Positions 29,001 to 57,323 of a stretch of 64,000 nt of DNA are shown here, one piece after another. The DNA comes from Blastocystis sp. Blastoise (taxonomy: Eukaryota > Protista > Bigyra: Opalinata). The position numbers were made by a program, and so were the translations under genes. The notes under the pieces are model-generated. The model did no database searches. It was not told the origin of the DNA and saw nothing but the letters and a program-made list of their open reading frames with translations. The stretch lies in the NCBI GenBank assembly GCA_039096225.1, contig JBBPEB010000030.1, forward strand, positions 930,001-994,000, given 5' to 3'. Position 1 is the stretch's first letter; the number at the start of each line of letters is the position of its first letter.

Positions 29001-31233
29001 ATATTAGTATATCTATATAGATAATGTATTATATACTATAAATATATACTTTAATATATCTATATCTAGACTTCATTATATCTATATCTAGACTTCATTA
29101 TATCTATATATATTCATTTTAGTATATCTATATCTAATATTTACTTTATTAGATCTATCTTTATAGATACTTTATATATATATATATATATATATACTTT
29201 ATTATATCTATATCTATATACACCTCACTATCTCATATCTATATATACTTTAATATAATTATATATATGAATATATATGTCCATATACACTTATTATATC
29301 TATTTATATATACATTAATATAACTATATAATACACATTATAATAAATAAATATATACACTTTAATATAAGAATAGCCATAATCTAGCTTAATACATAAA
29401 TAGATCATGATCTATCTATATATATATACTCTAGTATAATTACTATGAATATTCTAATATATATATATACTTTAATATAAATATATATACTTTTATATAA
29501 GTAGATCTATATATCATTTTACTGCATCTATTTATACATATAGTCTAATATAACTTTATACATATATATTTTAATATATCTATATAAATATCCTTTACTA
29601 CATTTATAATTTATTATATCTATATATATTCTTTAATATTAATTTATATATTTATTTTAACATAACTATTCTTATATGTACTTTAATATAACTATATACA
29701 TATATATTTATCTAGATATGTATGTTTTGCTATATAATTTAACTATATATATATTAATATACTATATAAATTAATATAAATAAACATTTTTATAACTATA
29801 TACATATATATATAAATATATATATATATACTTGAATACCACTTTCTCTACACTTAATAGTTTTGTAATTGACTCAATCTATATATATATACTTTAGTAT
29901 AGCTATATATACATTTTGATGTATCTATATATATATATATATTTTTAAATATAGTTATATATAAAAAATAAATAAAAATATATACTATAATATATCTAGA
30001 ATAACTAGAGACGAGTTAAATTTCTAATTTCCTAATCTATTATCTTCCAAATAACAGGAGAGTATATAATTAATATAAGTTGTATCATGTTTCTAAGAAG
30101 GATAAAAGATTAAAACATATTTATATATAAAATATATATATATATACAATAAAATAATAGAAAAACATTCTAAAAGCCAAATAGAAAGTAAAAAATGACT
30201 AAAGAAGAATATATATACTTAATATATTGCAATTCATTCTTATTAAAAGATTTAAGAATAATAAATGCCAAACATATGAAGAATACTATAGAAAAAATAA
30301 AATATAATATAATATTTAAATAAAATAATATTTATATATTAAAACACTTAAAATTAATCATTTAATATATAATATATATATACTTATTAATAAAATCCAT
30401 TTGTTTACTAATTCTAACCTCTATAACAACACTTGACCCAATAATAGTTTGTAACTAGCTAATTGAGAAAAAAAGTCTTCAATTTCGTAGATATTATAAA
30501 TTCTTTGTCTTCTATATAATATAGATATAGTGATGATAAGAAATAAATAACAGAATACCTTTGAAGACCAGAGTTAATCTGGAATCTGATTTTGTTAACA
30601 ATATTAAGACCTGGAAAGCACTAATTCTTCCAGATGAACCCATTCTGAATTTGCAAGAATCGCTGATCGCTCTATAGAAACAAATTATTTTATAAGATCA
30701 ATGAAGATTAGTAAATAAAAATACTTCTGACAGATTCCATCATTAGATATAATATCTCTAAATAAGAAAATATAATAGATATAGAATAAAAATAAATAAA
30801 TAAAGACTTACAAGAACAATCTACTTTTTGTATATAATAATTCTTTATTTTGTGAAAATAGTACATCGAAGCAATCATATTTAGGTAACTCTCTGGTTAG
30901 GGTACAACAGTTTAGGAGATAAACTTTACCATTCATAATCGTTTTTTGTAAATCTATAATAGAGTTAAATATTCAACTATATTTATATACCTAACAACAT
31001 ACCCTTTCAGAATTCATTAATCATAAGCCACTTCAACAACATTATGATTTTTGGCAATGTATTTATTTCTATTCTATCTCTATCCTTGCACATCAACTGG
31101 AGATAACAATAATCCTCAATATGCTACATTTCCATAGATCTCAACTTTCTAAGTAAATTCACCAGAATGTTTGTAACTAAAGACAATTAAACACAATAAA
31201 CAAATAAAATATACTATAAATGAGTAGACACAT
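25500..31233 (-). pseudogene. Captured multi-exon host gene, pseudogenised (MULE cargo 1)
   Basis: Consecutive GT-AG exons (31233 to about 30380) splice in phase: MCLLIYITNILVNLLRKLRSMEM*HIEDY...INEF*KDLQKTIMNGKVYLLNCC...LDIISNDGICQKAISDSCKFRMG...FFSIS*LQT. Further stop-ridden exons lie near 30000 and 27230-27380. The 3' limit is approximate. Confidence 0.65.
28900..29960. repeat. Degenerate AT-rich tandem array (TATATACTTTAATATA-like units)
   Basis: Recurrent atatactttaatata / tatatctatatctagacttcat units. Confidence 0.6.
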
Positions 31234-31435
31234 TCAATCAATAATATATTAAGGCTTTTAAAGCACTTTGGGACGACTATTAAATCAAATACAAAATATG
31301 AAGTGAAAATATTTTAATTTTTGGCTTATTTTTTTTGAAATTTAAGAATTAAGTAAAATATACTATAGTAATTAAACTATTATGTTAATATTGTAATAAA
31401 AATTAATTATATATTTTATTATGTTTATTTAGAAT

Positions 31436-32097
31436 AGATCATACCTTCTAGGTCATACTGTCCTTCTTAATTTGTGGATATTGGCTTTCCAAAACACAAT
31501 TTGGCTTGTCTGGTATATTTTATTCTCTTTATTATTGCTATCCAGTCTACCAAACATCTACTATAGGATAAACAAACAGATTAACATATTCAATATTCAA
31601 CATTCTTAACAAATCATTTACATGTCGGCAAATACTCACTCAGAACTACTCTTCAATGGATTTGATTAATGGATAATTACTTCTCAAACTCGTCTAGTCC
31701 ATGTTTATGGAAAAGTTACATATTGGCTGATTCGATGCAACTCAAAGATTTCTAATTCAAATATATATATCCTAATATTATTCTATTTCCTTATCAAAGT
31801 CTACAATATATATGTATATATATAGATTTTATTTTTTAATTGCAATCTACCAAGAATGGTTATTATTTTATTTCGTTTTAGAATCTCTTCTATTATATGG
31901 TATATATCGTTCAAGAACTATCATTATTACATGTCATGAATCATTACTCATATCAACTAATGTTTTTTTTTCTGAAAACTGAGTGCTGAATAATATGATG
32001 TATTTATAGCGTAGAAGGTATATAAATCATTATTAACTATTTCATTTTATTTGTAATAGAACCATTGTGATATATAAAGTTTATTAATATAAATTCG

Positions 32098-32142
<45 letters not shown>

Positions 32143-32307
32143 CAAATCATAGAAATCAGTTATCATCAGGAATCATAAGAAAGAAGTATATTATTTATTT
32201 TTCTATGATAGAATTATATGTTCTGAATAATTCATAGATGAACGTATTAGTATTATATAATTATGTATACATTTATAAATATAATTAAATACACTATATA
32301 ATGAATA

Positions 32308-32340
<33 letters not shown>

Positions 32341-32640
32341 TACTATATGGTATTAATTAAATACAGTACGTCTTTTAAGTTTTCTACTAGTGAATAAAGA
32401 ACTTGTCATGATTTAAAGAAATAATTATCAACTTTCAATACATTTTGGGTATATATATGTTGATAATTATTACTATATATTATATTTTTTTAGAATTTAC
32501 TATATATAAGATAAATTACAATTATTAACCAACTATTATGTGTTAGACATTTGCTAAATGAAGTAATGCTTTTTCTAAATTTGATCTTGTTGTATCATAA
32601 TAATTACATCGTTATTAATTTATGCTCATTAAATACCCTG
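31436..32640 (+). pseudogene. Captured host gene, pseudogenised, divergent from cargo 1 (MULE cargo 2)
   Basis: Exon-like blocks with GT-AG flanks, e.g. STKHLL*DKQTD*HIQYSTFLTNHLHVGKYSLRTTLQWI*LMDNYFSNSSSPCLWKSYILADSMQLKDF*. Confidence 0.55.
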
Positions 32641-33260
32641 CTTTTATTATATATTATATATTATATATTATATATGTATTATCTATTATTTATTATGTAT
32701 TATCTTTAGAATGTATAATCTTTTAATATATAGTATCTATTATATAGTATCAATTATATATTATCAAGTTCATATTACTATTATCTATTATAGTATCTAT
32801 ATAGATTCTGTTCCATATTTAATCAAGTATATATGCAACTATTATCTATATAGAATCTATTATCTATATAGAATCTATTATCTATATAGAATCTATTATC
32901 TATTATATAATATCTATATATAGAACTTATGGTCTTTAAAGAATATAATATCTTTTTAGAATAATATCTATTATCTATTATATTGTATTTATTATCTATT
33001 ATATAGTATTTATTATCTATATAGATCTATTATAAATTATCTATAATCTATTATCTATATAGAATCTACTATCTATTATCTAAAAATCTGTTCATATTTA
33101 CTCTAGTATATATAATCAATAATCTATTATCTATATAATATCTATTATCTATATAGAATCCGTTCCAGATTTACTCCAGTATATAGAATCTATCTACTAT
33201 CTACCATCTAATATCTATTATCTGTTAAATATACAATTAATTATCTATTATCTATAATAT
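32640..33260. repeat. Degenerate tandem array of TCTATTATCTATATAGAA (18-bp) units
   Basis: Exact copies at about 32838-32900 and degenerate copies throughout. Confidence 0.75.
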
Positions 33261-33348
33261 ATAGGAATATGGTGTTCAAATTTTTTAAAACTTAAATAAC
33301 AGTTGTTACACTTTTCAAAAGAGGTGCTTTATTAAGCGCTTTATAATG

Positions 33349-33385
<37 letters not shown>

Positions 33386-33514
33386 TTATAAACTGTAATT
33401 GTATTTATATATATTTTTTGTTATATATTTGTATAAATAACATTTATATATATAGCATCATATAACAAAACAACAAATGTATATGAATTGATTAAAAGAT
33501 GATAAAGAAATATG

Positions 33515-33608
<94 letters not shown>

Positions 33609-33723
33609 TTTTATAGATAATAGAACAAAGACAAATAAAGAGAATAAATATGAGATACTATAAAAATAAAAAGAAATTTTTAATTATTGTAAACAATATG
33701 AATGTAATACTTACTGGTTTGGT

Positions 33724-44152
<10,429 letters not shown>

Positions 44153-44302
44153 AAAACCCGTCAATAGTTTTAAAACAAAAAGAATATATTTGTATTGAAA
44201 ATAATGAGACTTTTATTCACAATTATTTTGATTCCTAGATTGAGAAATAATTATACCGCCAATTTGTTTCATTTATCGCGGTAATTGAATAGCCTATATT
44301 AG

Positions 44303-44354
44303 CACTGTCCTGAGTCAAGTCTGATAATTCTGAGTGTCCTGAGTCAATTATCTC
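44303..44354 (-). repeat. Right TIR of the MULE
   Basis: CACTGTCCTGAGTCAAGTCTGATAATTCTGAGTGTCCTGAGTCAATTATCTC, followed by the TSD CATTTTTTT. Confidence 0.97.
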
Positions 44355-44557
44355 CATTTTTTTTTTGGAAAACCATGATAATTTCTAGAAAAAAAGAAAC
44401 AATGAAAGAATAATCGAAGAACTTCGTATAGAGTGCATGCAAATTAAACTTCTAGAAACCAAAAGATGTTTGTGTAATTGAAATACATTACAAAAAATAA
44501 TAAGTTGCTCTATAACTGTCAATATTATATTTATTTACTTTTTAAAATAAAATTAAA

Positions 44558-45286
44558 ATGTCATCTTTAGATATTACTGAAATTGAAACTTTTCTTAGTC
44601 AAGCTAAAAGAGAAAATACTAAAGTTCTCTTAACTAATGAATTAAATAGACTCAAGAAATTATTATCTTCTGTAAATATATATAATTTACTAGTTTTTAA
44701 AAATAATTTAAAAGTCTTTTATTAGGAATGATTTGATATATATATGCTATATAGAATGTTGAATCTTCTTCTGAGCCTTCTGTTCCTATTGCTAGTCCTG
44801 TTCAAATTAAAACTGCTACTGTCTCAAGTATATATATATATATATTTTTATCTTTTTTTTTATTTTTTATTTTTATTTTTTTTTAATTATATCTATAGAA
44901 TCTGAAAGTTTTATTACAGTCACTTCTTTTTCATGGGATCAAGATACCAAGAAAGTTTTGTAAGTTATTTATATATTGATATTTGGTAAATACTATATAT
45001 ATATATAGTATTTATTTAATGGATGGATTTGAAGGTATTGGTAATGTTCCTAAAGAACAAATTACTTCTTCTTTTTCAAATAATTCTTTTGAATTAGTTA
45101 TTAAAGGATTTAATAACAAAAATTATAAATTTGCTCAAAATAATCTTTTTGGTGAAATTGATGCTGAAAAGTCTTCTGTCAAAATTGGTAAGAATAGAAT
45201 TACTATTTACTTAATAAAGAAAGACAGTAACAATTGGGATTCTATGAACAGAACTAAACCTCTTCTTGTATATATGTTTTTTATTA

Positions 45287-45332
<46 letters not shown>

Positions 45333-45753
45333 TTTTTTTTAATTTATTATATTTATTATTATAAATAATTCTATATATTCTAGAACCCTACTATGCCTGG
45401 TCCTAGTGCTGATCCTAATGCTGGACTTATGGATATGATGAAACAAATGTACGAAAATGTATATGTTATACTTATAGGTTTAAAAACACTTTTATTATTA
45501 TTATTATTATATATAGGGTGATGATGAAATGAAGAGAACTATTACTAAAGCTATGGTAAATAGTTGTTCTATATTCATTTTTTTTTAAATAATAATTATT
45601 ATTATTATATTCTTTCTATTACTATGTATACATATATATATATAGTTTGAATCTCAAGAAAAAGCTAAAAGTGGTGATTTAAACATGCCTGATATGCCTA
45701 ATATGTCTGGTATGTCTGGTATGCCTGGTATGCCTGGTATGCCTCCTATGTAA
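44558..45753 (+). CDS. CACYBP: Calcyclin-binding protein / Siah-interacting protein (N-terminal helical hairpin, CS and SGS domains)
   Basis: MSSLDITEIETFLSQAKRENTKVLLTNEL..., the CS domain ITVTSFSWDQDTKKV...FELVIKGFNNKNYKF...NNW, and the SGS domain [30 protein letters not shown]. Confidence 0.9.
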
Positions 45754-45829
45754 ATATAGAATCAAAAGAAAGTATAAATTGATTTCCCTTAAACGTCTTT
45801 CTGTTGACTCTATATGTTTTTATCCAAAT

Positions 45830-45891
45830 TGTTTGTTTGCTTACAAATAACTTATGTTTTTATTATACTTATTATGAACTTTTAACAAACA
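45830..45891. promoter_or_regulatory. Pair of TGTTTGTT 3'-end/polyadenylation motifs, one per convergent gene
   Basis: TGTTTGTT at 45830-45837 (+) follows the CACYBP stop. AACAAACA at 45884-45891 (TGTTTGTT on -) follows the SMIM15-like stop. The motif is known from Blastocystis poly(A) sites. Confidence 0.6.
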
Positions 45892-45972
45892 AAAACAATA
45901 TAAATAATAATATAATTTAAATACATATTATTTTATATATTTTACAACAGTTTTTTTTTAAATTAAGAAAAT

Positions 45973-46424
45973 TTACTCCGATTTGGGCTTTTTATTATTT
46001 GTTTTCTTTGGCTTTTCAATCTTTTCCTCCTTCTTTTTATCTTTCTTCTCTTTCTTAGTTTCTTTCTATAATATTAATCAATTAAATAGTAATTAAATTT
46101 ATTAATGATGAATTAAAATTATAAATAATCAATTAAACTTTTAAATAACGAATTAAAATTATAAATAACGAATTAAATTTATAAATAATGAATAAATATA
46201 TATACTTCTTGACGATCAGCTTTGATTAATTTCCAAGTAGCCCAAAAACTAATTCCAAATAAAATACAAAGAGTTATTCCAAATAATAGCAAACATTCTC
46301 TGAAATGTTCTAAAGTGTATAAGGCAGCAGATTGAGCAAAAGTGATATTTTCAGAAGAGTATTCAGGTTTATTTCTTAACTCGACAGCTATCTTTGTAAG
46401 ATTCTCAAAATTTAAATCAAACAT
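45973..46424 (-). CDS. Small single-pass membrane protein, SMIM15/UPF0542-like (2 exons)
   Basis: MFDLNF...LLLFGITLCILFGISFWATWKLIKADRQE|KETKKEKKDKKKEEK...SE*: a TM helix, then WKLxK, then a Lys-rich tail. Confidence 0.65.
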
Positions 46425-46635
46425 ATTTATATTGTTACTTCTTAAGGAATGGATTCACAAATAATTAAATAGTACCAAAAAAAAGAAAAATCTTAATTGA
46501 AATAGAGTCAGTAAAGATACGGTTTCATAGGGGTTTTATCTTTTTATCGTCTTGAAAATACTCATTTCCTTATACGCGACGTATTTCTCCCCTAGCAAAA
46601 ACATTATTGTGTCTATTTTTTGTTTTATATAAGAA

Positions 46636-49600
46636 TGACTTTTATATTTATTGTAATTCTTAAAAACAATTATAGTCTGCTTCTTCAAGATACAAATATA
46701 TAGTTTATATTATTTTTTTATTGTATATTGATAGAAAAAAAGAAAAATATATAAAAGAAAGAGATTTGTGGGAAAATGATTAATATAATAGAACTATTTT
46801 ATAATTCCGTGAAAATCCATTATTCCAGTTCCATTATCTTTTTTCCTATCTAATAAGATTATCATACCTTATTTTACATATTATGGAACCGATTCTAAGT
46901 TTGTTTCATATTAAAGATAAGAAAGATCTTGAAAATAAAGTTCAAAAAGTGAAAGAATCCATTCATCGTTTTACTCAACGTTTCCCTACTTATCAAATTT
47001 ATCTTGGTTCTGCATATGTCGTAGGACATTTCTGGTTTAAGTATTTTTTTTTTGTCATTTTTGTCATTTTATATTCAATGTCTCCAATATTCTTTTTATT
47101 TTAATTTTATGAATTATTTTAAGATATGTTATTTTATTATAGACAATTTTTATGGATTCGTTATCCTATTCCAAAACTTATTATGTGTTTTTGGTCAACT
47201 CAAGGATTCTTATTTGCTTTATCGAAGTATAATCTTATTCTTTCAAAACAAATTCAATATGTTTTGGAAACACCGTTTAAATGGATTAAAAAACTTATTC
47301 CAAATAAAGTTAGCAAGTATTTTTTGTATTTTTTATTATTTATTTTTTTAAAATTACTCTATTTATATGACTCTCTATATATAATAATTAATATATTTAT
47401 ATAGTATATATACATGTTTTTATTCTTTGTTTTATCCAATTTTAAGTACTATAAAAGATTTATCATTTTTCCAGACTATGAAAGGTATTGCTTATGCTGC
47501 TTTGTTACAAGTATATATATATATATTTTTTTTTATTATATATGTTATTAAAACTAGTTTATATATATTCTTGATTTTGTTCTCATAGATGAATAGTAAA
47601 TGTTATAGTATTCTTACTTATATATATATAGAATCCTTTAGAATATAATGTAAAGCATATATGTGATCGAAATGATATTGATTTTGTAAAGCGTGTTGCT
47701 CATTATTCAAAGTATATGACTGCTGCATATGGACACTTAATGATACGAGGCATATTGGGTCAAGGAGACATGGGGGACTTTGGTGAAATGCTTTTCAGCT
47801 CGAATCAGAAAGATAAATTCTTAGATGCTATGTGTGATTATTGGTATGTTTTATTATCATTATTATTGCTTGTTATTTTTTATGTAATTATTGTATAATT
47901 ATGATTATTATATAATAATTATTATTATTGCTTGTTATTTTTTATGTAATTATTGTATAATTATGATTATTATATAATAATTATTATTATTGCTTGTTAT
48001 TTTTTATGTAATTATTATTTATTAATGATTATTATATAATAATTATTATTATTGCTTTTTTTTATGTAATTATAATATATTAATGATTATTATATATAAT
48101 AATCATTAATATAATATATATATATATATAGTGAGATAAAACGTGATGATATTATATATTCAGAATTAAAATCTGAGGATATTTATATAAATATTGAGAG
48201 TGATAAGATCATAGAAAAGAAGTTCTATAAGAATAACAATAATAATACAAATAACAATAAACAGAATGCTTCTACTGAAGATGTTGAACAAAATATCACA
48301 GGTGTAAAAAAAGAGTTAAATACCGTTAGCATTCGTTCTCCTCCTTATTTTGTGATTGTGGATCATAAAATGAAGAATATTGTGTTATTAATTAGAGGTA
48401 CATTCTCTGTAGAAGATGTAGTTACTGATTTAGCAGGTAATTGTCATAAATGGAAAGAAGGATCCGTTCATCAAGTATATTCCTTATTCTATTTATAAAT
48501 ATTTTTTTTTTAATTACTTTTCATAACTTTTATTGTACATAGCTTAGATAAATACTATTATATAGGGTATGGGTATAGTAGCAGAATATTTAATAAATAA
48601 TCCCCAAGTGAATTGTATAATAAAACAAGCTATTAATAATTATCCGGAATATCAATTACTTACTGTAGGCCATTCTCTAGGTGCAGGAATAGCTGCACTC
48701 GTATGTATAGGATGGAAAGATCGAGGTATGTATACAAAACAAGATCCCCACGGTTATTGCTATGCTTGTCCTCCTTGTATGTCAAGTAATATTCGTAATA
48801 AAGGAAAACATTATATCTATTGTTTTATCAATGAAGATGATGGTATTCCAAGATTAAATAAAAAGGGTATTGAAGATCTAGTGAATAGAATATATATATA
48901 GAATTAAATATATTTTTATGTTTTTTTTTTAAATCTTCTTTTATTTTTTTATATCAATATCAATATATATTTATTAAAGTATTATTTTTATTTTATATTT
49001 AATAAATTTTTTTATAATTAAAAAAGTTTTTTTATAATTAATAAAGTTTTTTATAATTGAAAAAGTTTTTTTATAATTAATAAAGTTTTTTATAATTAAT
49101 AAATTTCTTATTTTATAATTAATAAAATTCTTTTTAATTAATAAATTTCTTTTTTTTTAATAATAAATTTCTTTATATAATTAAATACATTTATAGATAT
49201 ATGTTGGTGCAGTGAATATAAAAGAGAATCAAAAAGAGAATGAAAAAGAAAAATCTTTTAAAGAACATCTTCAAGAGTTTACAAATAATACTATTGAAAA
49301 ATTTAAAAATTTATTTGGATCTACAAATTTACCTGGAGATTTCGTTATTCCTGGAGATATTTATTACTTACATCCTTGTTTCAATAATTATAAACAATGG
49401 GAACTCAGCAAAACAGCAAATGCTAAAGTATTTTTTAAATATATATTCCTATATATATATTTTTTATTCATATATTCTTATATATATATTTTTTATTCAT
49501 ATATTCGTATTAAACAGCACATACTTTTTTATATTTCATAATAATCTTATTTAAATAATTATTTAGAAATATCTGAGAATCAAATCGGAGAATAATGATG

Positions 49601-49755
49601 TTAAAAAACCTGAAAAATTATCTCCTGCTATGGTATATATCGGACATGGTGAACAATTCCCAAATTCTATAATTATATCTCCTAATATTTTAAGCCAACA
49701 TTTTACTTACAATTATGAACATATTATCATGAATGTCTTGAAATATCTTGAATAA
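46636..49755 (+). CDS. Lipase class 3 (DAG-lipase-like) with hydrophobic N-terminal segments
   Basis: YMTAAYG, PYFVIVDH...VLLIRGTFSVEDVVTDL, nucleophile elbow TVGHSLGAG, CYACPP, DDGIPRL, IPGDIYYL and a C-terminal SQHF. The start is approximate. Confidence 0.88.
47865..48110. repeat. ~62-bp intronic tandem repeat, about 4 copies
   Basis: Repeated TTGCTTGTTATTTTTTATGTAATTATTGTATAATTATGATTATTATATAATAATTATTATTA. Confidence 0.85.
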
Positions 49756-50087
49756 ATCTAGAAGAAATTGTTTATAATTCCAAGATTTTATATTATTTTT
49801 TTAAAGTTTCTTATTGATAGTATTTGTTTTCCTATTATTTTATGATATTCAGTTAATACGTTTGGCGAAATCTACAAAGTCAAATTTGAAACCATTTATT
49901 GTTTTTTTTTTTTAAGATTATCATTTTTGTGTAACAAACATTGCTGTTCATCCAATCATTAAGCAAATAATTAATTCCCTCCTTTTTCTTTTTCTTTTTT
50001 CTTTCATTTTTCTCTTTTTCTTTATAAATACTATGTCTTGCTATAAACAGATACTTTAAAGTCATTTAATATACAATAAAAGCAATA

Positions 50088-54987
<4,900 letters not shown>

Positions 54988-55614
54988 ATGTATTCTTTGT
55001 GAATATATATTTTGAATGAATTTTTAAAAAATTATATTTTTGTAGTTTATTTGACATATATATATAAACAAATTATATGAAAATACAGGAAACATAATGA
55101 ATACATAATGAGTAAATGGAATGTTTTCATTTTGAAAAATTGATTTAATGAGACTAGTTTATATATTAAGATACGTATAAGTAGAAGGAGATAGTTAAGT
55201 ACAAAACAATAATATATATAATAGTATGAATTTTGGATCAATAAAAATTACTTCATATATAAGTTTATTAAATAAATAAATCATCAATTTCAAATCTAAA
55301 CAATATAAAACACAAAAGAAAAAGAAAAGATAAATGAAATTAACAGTAAAAACAAAAAAAAATCAAAATGAAGAAAATATTAAATAAAAAAAATATTAAA
55401 AAAAATATAGTATTAACTAATGATGCTATGTAGAAATAATGAAAAAAAATAATAACTATATATATCAATATTTAAAAAAAAAAGTTTATAAATAGAATAT
55501 TAAGAAGAAGAAGAGATGAAGATGAAGATGAAAAGTGGAAAAATATACAAAGAGAATGTATATAAGATAGAATATATAGTATAGAATATATATATAGAGG
55601 AAATAACCAAGGGA

Positions 55615-55675
55615 TTAAAAGCAAAAACACTTTTTAGATTTTACTATATACATAATATATATATTATTATTATTA

Positions 55676-55706
<31 letters not shown>

Positions 55707-56388
55707 CATTCTTGAACTTCAAATTCTACAGTACTTTTCATTTCTTGTTCTTTATCCCCGCGGTCATTTTGGTCTCTATTAAATAAGTTTCCTAAATATT
55801 CGTGAATATAAGAATAAGGATATTTATAAATAGTGTAAGAAAGAAAATATATATAAATAATTCCTACCTTCAAGAGAAATAACAGGAATCTTTCGGACTT
55901 CCTCGGTAGGGGAAATAACAGTATCTTCAATACTTATAGTATAAGGTTTCTTTTCAATAATAGTAATTGTACGCATATATTGAGAATATAAATAATCAAA
56001 TCCGACATCCGTTATCTTATTATTATCTAAACTAACATATTCTAAAGTCTTTGTATTAAAAATGACGGAACACAAATAAATAATATCATCATCATCTAAT
56101 TCACAATTGTTAAGAACAAGTTTCTCTGCAAATGTAAATGGATGAATATCTTCTTCTATTTCTATATACATATATATATATATTGTTTGACATATACGCT
56201 TATTCTTCTTTGATTTATTATCTGGTGAACGATTCTCAACTATATATATATAGTTATATATATAGTTATATATATATACTATTAGCTGGAGAATGATTTG
56301 AGACATGTAAATTAGAGTTATCTAGATATATAATTATATATATAAATATATATAGATATATACTTCCATCTGAAGCTACAGCTAAATC

Positions 56389-56436
<48 letters not shown>

Positions 56437-57283
56437 TTGGATCACAATGATTATTCATAGATGCATCATCTGGTACTATATATATTTCAATATATTTCAT
56501 TATATATATATATATACAATTTGGTTGTAATTTGAGTGAATAATTGGAGTCTATTTTCTTTATATCTGTATATATATAAGCATATATATATAATATTATA
56601 TATATAATATTATGTATATACTTTGAATAGACACAAAAACTAGTTGTCGTAACTGAAGTAAAAGAGAGAAAAGTGATTGGATGAAATTTTTACTGACAGT
56701 GATATCTAGAGATTCATTAGATATTAATCATGTGCAATAATATATATATATATATATATATATACGGTTAAAAATGAGATAACTAAGATAAGGCAATTTG
56801 AATTCATTAAATAATAATAAGAAATTATCGACAGGAACATAAACAGAAGGAACTATATAGAAATAATATTATTATATATAAATGAATATTTATATTCTTA
56901 TCATATATATATATATATATATACCTCCTGATTCTATTCGAATATAATAAGTTCTGGTTGTTGGCGCCATTTCAAAACACCCGCGCAAGAGGGATTCAAG
57001 TTCAATTCCATCAATAGTAACATTAACTATATATATATTATTACATATAATAACAGTTATATATACATCTTATATTAATGCTATCAACATATGCTGTTTT
57101 ATTTATATGTATGAAGAAAAAGTCCAATAAACATGGTGATAAAGATGAAGAAGATGCAGAAGATGGAGCTATATATAGTTATATATATAGTTATATATAT
57201 AGTTATATATATATATATATACTTGTATGTCTCGCTCTTAAGAGATCTATATATATATATAATAGTAATAATAACATAATAAT

Positions 57284-57323
<40 letters not shown>

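Noticed and set aside
30380-31175. Alternative frame of cargo 1 with about 15 stops that looked RAP-domain-like or suggested stop-codon reassignment
   Set aside because: Another frame splices through the same exons with only three stops, and host genes use standard stops.
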